From positions 1 through 64,000 of IMG/VR virus record IMGVR_UViG_2814123268_000002: DNA of 64,000 nt; one strand, 5' to 3'. Positions 59,271 through 64,000 of the stretch are shown here, piece by piece; within the stretch, counting starts at the first letter, position 1; each line of letters opens with the position of its first letter. The DNA is from a virus. Taxonomy: Duplodnaviria; Caudoviricetes. The notes beneath the pieces are model-generated. The model did not search any database, was not told where the DNA came from, and worked only from the letters and a program-made list of their open reading frames with translations. Both the position numbers and the translations under genes were made by a program.

Positions 59271-59618
59271 TTACCGCTCCTTGTCTGTCGGCATCCCCAG
59301 CTTGCGCTGCAGGATATACATCGCAAAACGCTGGATCTGCTGCACGCCGATAAAACCTATCGCACCGCCGATGGCCGGGGTCAGCGACTTCGGCAGGCTG
59401 AAATAGTCCAGCGTCGCCACCACGGTCAGCGTCAGCGCGCCGCACAGCACCCCCTCTAACGCCGTTTGCTTCCACCCACCTCCCTGATACGTCACCCGGA
59501 CAGCCGCCGTCATAGCCGCCAGCAGAACACCGCCTACCGGTGTGTCGCCCTGCCACCAGCTCTGTAACAGCTCTTTCCAGTCCAGCCAGGTTTCCGGGTT
59601 ATGGTGCATAGTCGCCAT
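59271..59618 (-). CDS. Lambda-family holin
   Basis: AAVRVTYQGGGWKQTALEGVLCG, IGGAIGFIGV. Confidence 0.9.
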   Translation of the reverse strand: MATMHHNPETWLDWKELLQSWWQGDTPVGGVLLAAMTAAVRVTYQGGGWKQTALEGVLCGALTLTVVATLDYFSLPKSLTPAIGGAIGFIGVQQIQRFAMYILQRKLGMPTDKER

Positions 59619-59693
59619 CTCGTTATCCCCTCTATGGGGTTCAGATATAAAAAAACCCGGCGTTTGCCAGGGTTCACGATTAAGGGTAACTGA

Positions 59694-59909
59694 CTAATTT
59701 TGATATGTATCTTCCCTGAAAAAATCCTGTCCACGTTCAAATAAAAACAGCGAAATAGCCAACAGACCAACATCATGATTTTTATCTACAATATCAACCA
59801 GTTGTTTCTCTATCGTATTTATTGCATGCCGCTTATCTTCTGGAAGAGAACGAACCATTGACAAAATATAAATATATAAATTATAACTTTCATCATTGTT
59901 TTTTATCAT
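59694..59909 (-). CDS. Hypothetical AT-rich moron between late promoter and holin
   Basis: GGAG RBS; followed by terminator at about 59650-59675. Confidence 0.55.
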   Translation of the reverse strand: MIKNNDESYNLYIYILSMVRSLPEDKRHAINTIEKQLVDIVDKNHDVGLLAISLFLFERGQDFFREDTYQN

Positions 59910-60114
59910 ACATCTCCGTCAGGGGATGGTTAGGCATATCACTAATATCGTTCGATTTGAAATAGATTCAATACCATAATATTATGATGCGAACTATATT
60001 CATACTGCATATGTAATCAAAATGAGCCCAGAACTCGACAACAAGCACATAACTGCCTGAGCACTCCAACATCCACCAGTCCCCTCAAGGAAGCAGATTT
60101 CGATGATTAAGCGG

Positions 60115-60180
60115 TGTGACGTAGCAACCACTCTTAACACACTACACAACAAAATGCGGACCGCGTTAGTGATTTTTTTG
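60115..60180 (-). promoter_or_regulatory. Probable late promoter pR'/qut region
   Basis: ctaacgcggtccgcatttt...tagtgtgttaagagtggt resembles lambdoid pR'/qut sequences downstream of Q. Confidence 0.5.
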
Positions 60181-60226
60181 TGCTTATCCGGTACGTTCTA
60201 CATATTGGGAAAAGAAGATTCTATCA

Positions 60227-60670
60227 ATGATTAAGGCCATCACTAAACGCGCCATTTCTGCAGGCCATATAAAAGTATCTGACCACCTTCGCTTCAGCCT
60301 GAAAGCTGATGCAGTCAACTGCTTCGGCCGTGAAATAAAATCGCTGCAATGTGGGGGAACATTTACCGGACGACATGATTTCTGGGTATGGTTTCCCGAT
60401 ACGGATAACCAAGAGTGGTCAAATGAAATCAGCAAATGCGGCACAAAAATATACGAACGTAAAAAAGGTGATGCAGCGGAAGCTAAAGCCTATCTGAAAA
60501 AACAAATTTCAGACAATAAAAAGCATCATGTGTTTTTAAGAAGTAAAGTAGGAAACTCAACATACTATACCTATCGAGGCACCTTCCAATTATCAATAGA
60601 ATGCTCTCTCGCTGAAAAGCGCGCTGTATGGACTCGCTATGATACTCAGGCAGAAACGTATGCCGTATAA
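60227..60670 (+). CDS. Stand-alone PvuRts1I/AbaSI-like SRA (modified-cytosine-binding) domain
   Basis: DAVNCFG...QCGG...WVWFP...EWSNEISKCG.KIYE...VFLR...Y.YRG.F...AVW.R....TY collinear with the recalled AbaSI C-domain. Confidence 0.7.
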   Translation: MIKAITKRAISAGHIKVSDHLRFSLKADAVNCFGREIKSLQCGGTFTGRHDFWVWFPDTDNQEWSNEISKCGTKIYERKKGDAAEAKAYLKKQISDNKKHHVFLRSKVGNSTYYTYRGTFQLSIECSLAEKRAVWTRYDTQAETYAV

Positions 60671-60722
60671 CTGATAACCACAAGCCAGCCCCCCAGCCCA
60701 ACGGGGGGGAGTTTTAAATATT

Positions 60723-61094
60723 TTATACTATCCCATCCATTTCTAAGCAAACATCCAGCATAGACAAACACCCATCAATAAACCCCTCAGCCATCTGTAT
60801 TTCGATGCGAATCAGCTTTTCATCTTTTTTACGCACCTTGGCAATCTTCCGTTTTGAAATGCCATAAAGGTAATGTGCCACCAGCAAAGAATGCTCATAT
60901 GGCTTTCGTTTCTTTAACTGGGCCAGACATCCCTCAATGATAAGGCCATCATCATCCGTACATGACAGCCTCATTTTCCCCGATTGAGGTAACAGCCCTT
61001 TGAATCCGGCAGCAATGTGAGAATAGTCTACCCCGGCGTGATCAGAAGCAGCCCACCCACCCCAACGCTCCAATACTTTCGACATATCACGCAT
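60723..61094 (-). CDS. Antiterminator Q
   Basis: MRDMSKVLERWGGWAA, IAAGFKGLLP, CTDDDGL, AEGFIDGCL. Confidence 0.92.
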   Translation of the reverse strand: MRDMSKVLERWGGWAASDHAGVDYSHIAAGFKGLLPQSGKMRLSCTDDDGLIIEGCLAQLKKRKPYEHSLLVAHYLYGISKRKIAKVRKKDEKLIRIEIQMAEGFIDGCLSMLDVCLEMDGIV

Positions 61095-61110
61095 CCACAC
61101 CCTCCACACA

Positions 61111-61500
61111 TTACGCCTTCACTATGGCACCTATCCCCAACGCCCGATTCAGGAATTGCACCAACAACACCAACTGGCTGCCGTTCCTCTGCTCCCAGCC
61201 ACCCACATCACGATGTAGTTCGTCATGGCACCGCCGGCACAGCGGTATCACGAACAAATCATGCGTTTTAGTTCCTATGCCACCCAATCCCAATCCCGAA
61301 TTGATGATGTGATGTGGGTCATCGGCAGGGTTTCCGCACCCGCAGCACGGCTGTGTCTTCACCCAGCGCGTGTATTTACCACTCTCCCAGCGCAGAAGCT
61401 TGGGCCGCAGCATAAACCCCGCCGCCGGTGCCTCATCTGCCGCCAGCGTGATCACCGGCTGTGGGATAACGGCCGCCCCCCTGCTTGATTTAAGGCTCAC
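61111..61500 (-). CDS. DUF968-like HNH/zinc-finger protein (short form)
   Basis: QPCCGCG..ADDPHHII, IPLCRRCHDELH. Confidence 0.85.
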   Translation of the reverse strand: MSLKSSRGAAVIPQPVITLAADEAPAAGFMLRPKLLRWESGKYTRWVKTQPCCGCGNPADDPHHIINSGLGLGGIGTKTHDLFVIPLCRRCHDELHRDVGGWEQRNGSQLVLLVQFLNRALGIGAIVKA

Positions 61501-61738
61501 AGGACTCCCCCACGCAGCTCTCATAGTCCATACGCGGATCACCGCTGACACGCTGAGCACAACGCACATGGCGCGATAGTTCGTTACGGCGCACCACAAC
61601 CCTGCTTATCTGCGCCGCATCGGCAAATTCCGCCGCCCTGGTCAGCTCAGTAAGCGCCCGGCGATACAGCCCGCGGGAGACCAACGCTTCTGCCCGCCGG
61701 CAATGTGCATCGGCCATAGCCGAATTCTCTCTGCTCAT
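61490..61738 (-). CDS. PerC-family activator
   Basis: AEALVSRGLYRRA. Confidence 0.7.
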   Translation of the reverse strand: MSRENSAMADAHCRRAEALVSRGLYRRALTELTRAAEFADAAQISRVVVRRNELSRHVRCAQRVSGDPRMDYESCVGESCEP

Positions 61739-62469
61739 ACCGCCCCCTCCCCTGAACTCCCCCGCAGTTTCTGGCGGATAGCTGCCAACGCAGCGACCCC
61801 GACCGATTGGTAATGCTCCGCGTTCCCTGCCAGCTCCGCCGCCGTCTTGGGCCTGCGGCAATCGGCAATTCGGGCCACCGGCTGTGGGATCACTTTTCCG
61901 GCCGCCATCTCCTTGGCCCACTGCTTCATCTGCGCCTTGATCGCCCGCAGCACCTCGGCCTCGGTGTAGTTGTACCGGTACATCAGCTGGCGTACATCCA
62001 GCACCACCCAGTACATCACCGGGTGTGCCCAGTCGAACGCCTCCGGCGTGGCAACTCGGTGTTTATCGCGGGCATAGCGGTGGAACTCAGCCAGCACCTC
62101 ATCGTCAGAGGGCAATCCACCCGCACCCCGCGCACCCTCACGGCACCACGCCATGAAGCGCCCGCAGGAGGGCCAGAAATCTCCACCGTGTTGGCGGGCC
62201 ATGCTGACACCGGCCTTGACCTGCTCCAGCGTCGTAATCCCCCCTTCGGCGAATGCTGTAATCCACTGGCGCTTCATCGCCGCCACCTCATCCGGCGCGC
62301 CAAACACCGTATTGCGCGCCGCCGGGAACAGCAGCAGCAGATTTTCAAACAGCACATCCACCAGCTTTTCAGCGTTGCCGTTCACCACCCGCGCCTGCAG
62401 GGGCTGACCAGCCATGCGGGACAGTGCGGCTGCATCCCGGCGCTGTACGGCAGAAACCAGATTTTTCAT
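61735..62469 (-). CDS. Replication protein P (lambda-like)
   Basis: KRQWITAFAEGGITTLEQVKAG, FWPSCGRFMAWC, YWVV. Confidence 0.9.
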   Translation of the reverse strand: MKNLVSAVQRRDAAALSRMAGQPLQARVVNGNAEKLVDVLFENLLLLFPAARNTVFGAPDEVAAMKRQWITAFAEGGITTLEQVKAGVSMARQHGGDFWPSCGRFMAWCREGARGAGGLPSDDEVLAEFHRYARDKHRVATPEAFDWAHPVMYWVVLDVRQLMYRYNYTEAEVLRAIKAQMKQWAKEMAAGKVIPQPVARIADCRRPKTAAELAGNAEHYQSVGVAALAAIRQKLRGSSGEGAV

Positions 62470-63464
62470 AGCACGTCCTCCCATCCCTGCGCCGTGTTCC
62501 ACTCCGCCCCCAGCAGGGTTTTCAGTGAGCGATCCTGAACACCCGCTTCCGGTGCCCCCAGACGGATCACCAGCTCATCCCATTTCTCACGCAACTTCGC
62601 CGGGCTCAGGACATTGCGGCACCAGAACGGATCACGGTTTACCCGGCCAAACAGCTCGCAAATCTGCCGGTGAGTGCGCCCATCCAGCTCGCACATCAGG
62701 CGCACCTCGTTAGCCCAGGCTATCCAGTTGGGTGCCTTGGGCCTGACCATCTCCCCATCGTATTCAGCGGCTTGTTCGTGCAGTCGAAGGATGCGCCCCC
62801 ATATCCATTCGGCGCAGGTCAGATCCTCCTGCCCGCCCCACAGGCGCTTTTTGGCACTGAACACCACCGCATCCGGATGACGGGCCAAAAATTCATGATC
62901 GCGGTCAGACTCGTCCGGTTGCGCAGCGTCCGGACAAGAAGATCTTTTTACTGACGGATCTGTTTTAACTGACGGATCGGGGTCAACCATTGACCCCTTA
63001 ACGGGGGTGTTTTTACCAATGGTTGACCCCTCAACGATTGGGGGGTCAATATTTGGGGGGTCAACCGTTAACCCCTCAACCGTTGGGGGGTCAATATTTG
63101 AGGGGTCAATCATTGGGGGGGTAACGCGCCCACCCCGCTTTTTGGACTTGTTGGCCATGCGGGCCGCCGCTGCCGCCTCCTCCAGCTTATCGACATTGAT
63201 CTGGTAAACATTGCTCAGATCACGCCCACCAGACTTACGGGCAGTCTTAGTCAGCCAGCCATCACGCGCCAGCTCATCTATCGCCGCCGAAACGGTGGTC
63301 TTGCTCCTGGCACCTATCTGACGCTGGATAGTCTCCACCGCCGGCCACGACAGCCCCTCATCGTTGCTGTAATCCGCCAGCCGTGCCATCACAGCCACGC
63401 GGGAAAGGATCAGACCAGCATGGGCACACCCTTCCCATACCAGACCATGCAATTTGCTACTCAT
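62466..63464 (-). CDS. Replication initiator (O-like, HTH)
   Basis: LADYSNDEGLSWP, WANEVRLM..DGRT, FWCRNVLSPAKLREKWDEL. Confidence 0.9.
   Translation of the reverse strand: MSSKLHGLVWEGCAHAGLILSRVAVMARLADYSNDEGLSWPAVETIQRQIGARSKTTVSAAIDELARDGWLTKTARKSGGRDLSNVYQINVDKLEEAAAAARMANKSKKRGGRVTPPMIDPSNIDPPTVEGLTVDPPNIDPPIVEGSTIGKNTPVKGSMVDPDPSVKTDPSVKRSSCPDAAQPDESDRDHEFLARHPDAVVFSAKKRLWGGQEDLTCAEWIWGRILRLHEQAAEYDGEMVRPKAPNWIAWANEVRLMCELDGRTHRQICELFGRVNRDPFWCRNVLSPAKLREKWDELVIRLGAPEAGVQDRSLKTLLGAEWNTAQGWEDVL
62938..63125. repeat. Iteron array (replication origin) inside initiator gene
   Basis: Repeated ggggtcaa/ttgacccc units and two actgacggatc repeats. Confidence 0.8.
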
Positions 63465-64000
63465 GGCATACCTCCTTGTTGCTGTTCAGCGAACGATCGA
63501 CAAGCGCTGAGGCGAAAAGACCATCGTTGATGTAGTCATGCAGGCTATGAGCCAAGGGAGACTGGGAAGCCACCAGCATGGGGCGCAGGTGAGCCATCCA
63601 CACCCGGTGGATCTCTGTCATGTAGAGATATACAGCGTGCGCATTGTGTGCGGGGCCCGGTAGCGCTGGTGCGCCGTTTAGGGCCCTTTCCATCTGGCTA
63701 AAGGCGGTGATGTAGGCTTCTTTGAACCGGGCCGCCCGCTTGCCGGTAAAGCCCATCGCCAGGAACGCGAAACCATCGCGGGTGATTTGGTAGTAGGGTT
63801 GAGGTTTGCCGTTCTGTAACGCACTGTTTTTACGGCAAACCGCAAAATTGCGGGCATGAAAACCGGGGGAACATTCGAGAGTGCGGATCTTCTTTAGAAC
63901 GTCATCGTGACGCTTAAGGAAATAGTCAGCAATAGCGACAGAAGAAGTAACAACCTGGCCGTTGATAACGGTGATTTCAGGGTGATCGGGGACGGGGATC
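63457..64000 (-). CDS. Rha-family regulator (5' end outside window)
   Basis: PEITVINGQVVTSSVAIADYFLKRHDDVLKKI...YQITRDGFAFLAMGFTGKRAARFKEAYI. Confidence 0.9.
   Translation of the reverse strand, partial: IPVPDHPEITVINGQVVTSSVAIADYFLKRHDDVLKKIRTLECSPGFHARNFAVCRKNSALQNGKPQPYYQITRDGFAFLAMGFTGKRAARFKEAYITAFSQMERALNGAPALPGPAHNAHAVYLYMTEIHRVWMAHLRPMLVASQSPLAHSLHDYINDGLFASALVDRSLNSNKEVCHE

Larger units (their letters stand above)
43306..64000 (-). mobile_element. Defective prophage 3 (lambdoid early/lysis genes, contractile tail) integrated in icd; continues beyond window
   Basis: rha-O-P-perC-DUF968-Q-holin-lysin, tail sheath/tube/TMP/U/X/D, antirepressors, icd att. Confidence 0.9.

Noticed and set aside
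59610-59618. Holin dual-start motif (Met-Ala-Thr-Met)
   Set aside because: No basic residue between the two Met codons, so antiholin function is unsupported

Overview
Enterobacterial chromosome segment (glyW-cysT-leuZ, pgsA, uvrC, uvrY, yecF core at about 37.8-43 kb; possibly Edwardsiella, which is an inference) flanked by three prophages. (1) 1-3.8 kb: right end of a prophage (SNF2-like helicase hit by an IS110-family element, DUF4224/Xis-like gene, integrase). (2) 3.8-37.9 kb: an apparently complete 33.9-kb P2-family (HP1/K139-type) prophage bounded by a 128-bp direct repeat containing the 3' half of tRNA-Leu(TAA). (3) 43.3 kb to the end: a defective prophage with a lambdoid early/lysis region and a contractile tail, integrated in icd, carrying two IS256-family copies. 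One copy lacks a target duplication and marks loss of the head/baseplate genes. Most interesting signals: an AT-rich ParA-ATPase plus RelA/SpoT-like two-gene operon in the P2 defence hotspot; a CI repressor and a membrane-anchored protein sharing a terminal G-x-x-[NQ]-R-[IV]-[AG]-G-R-D-[YF]-x-E amyloid-signalling-like motif; an orphan RnlB antitoxin preceded by a 33-codon RnlA remnant; a stand-alone PvuRts1I/AbaSI-type modified-cytosine-binding domain; a covarying RNA leader in front of antirepressor genes; three C4-like antisense modules; and a hok-type toxin missed by the ORF track. All family assignments are from motif recognition and recall, not database searches.
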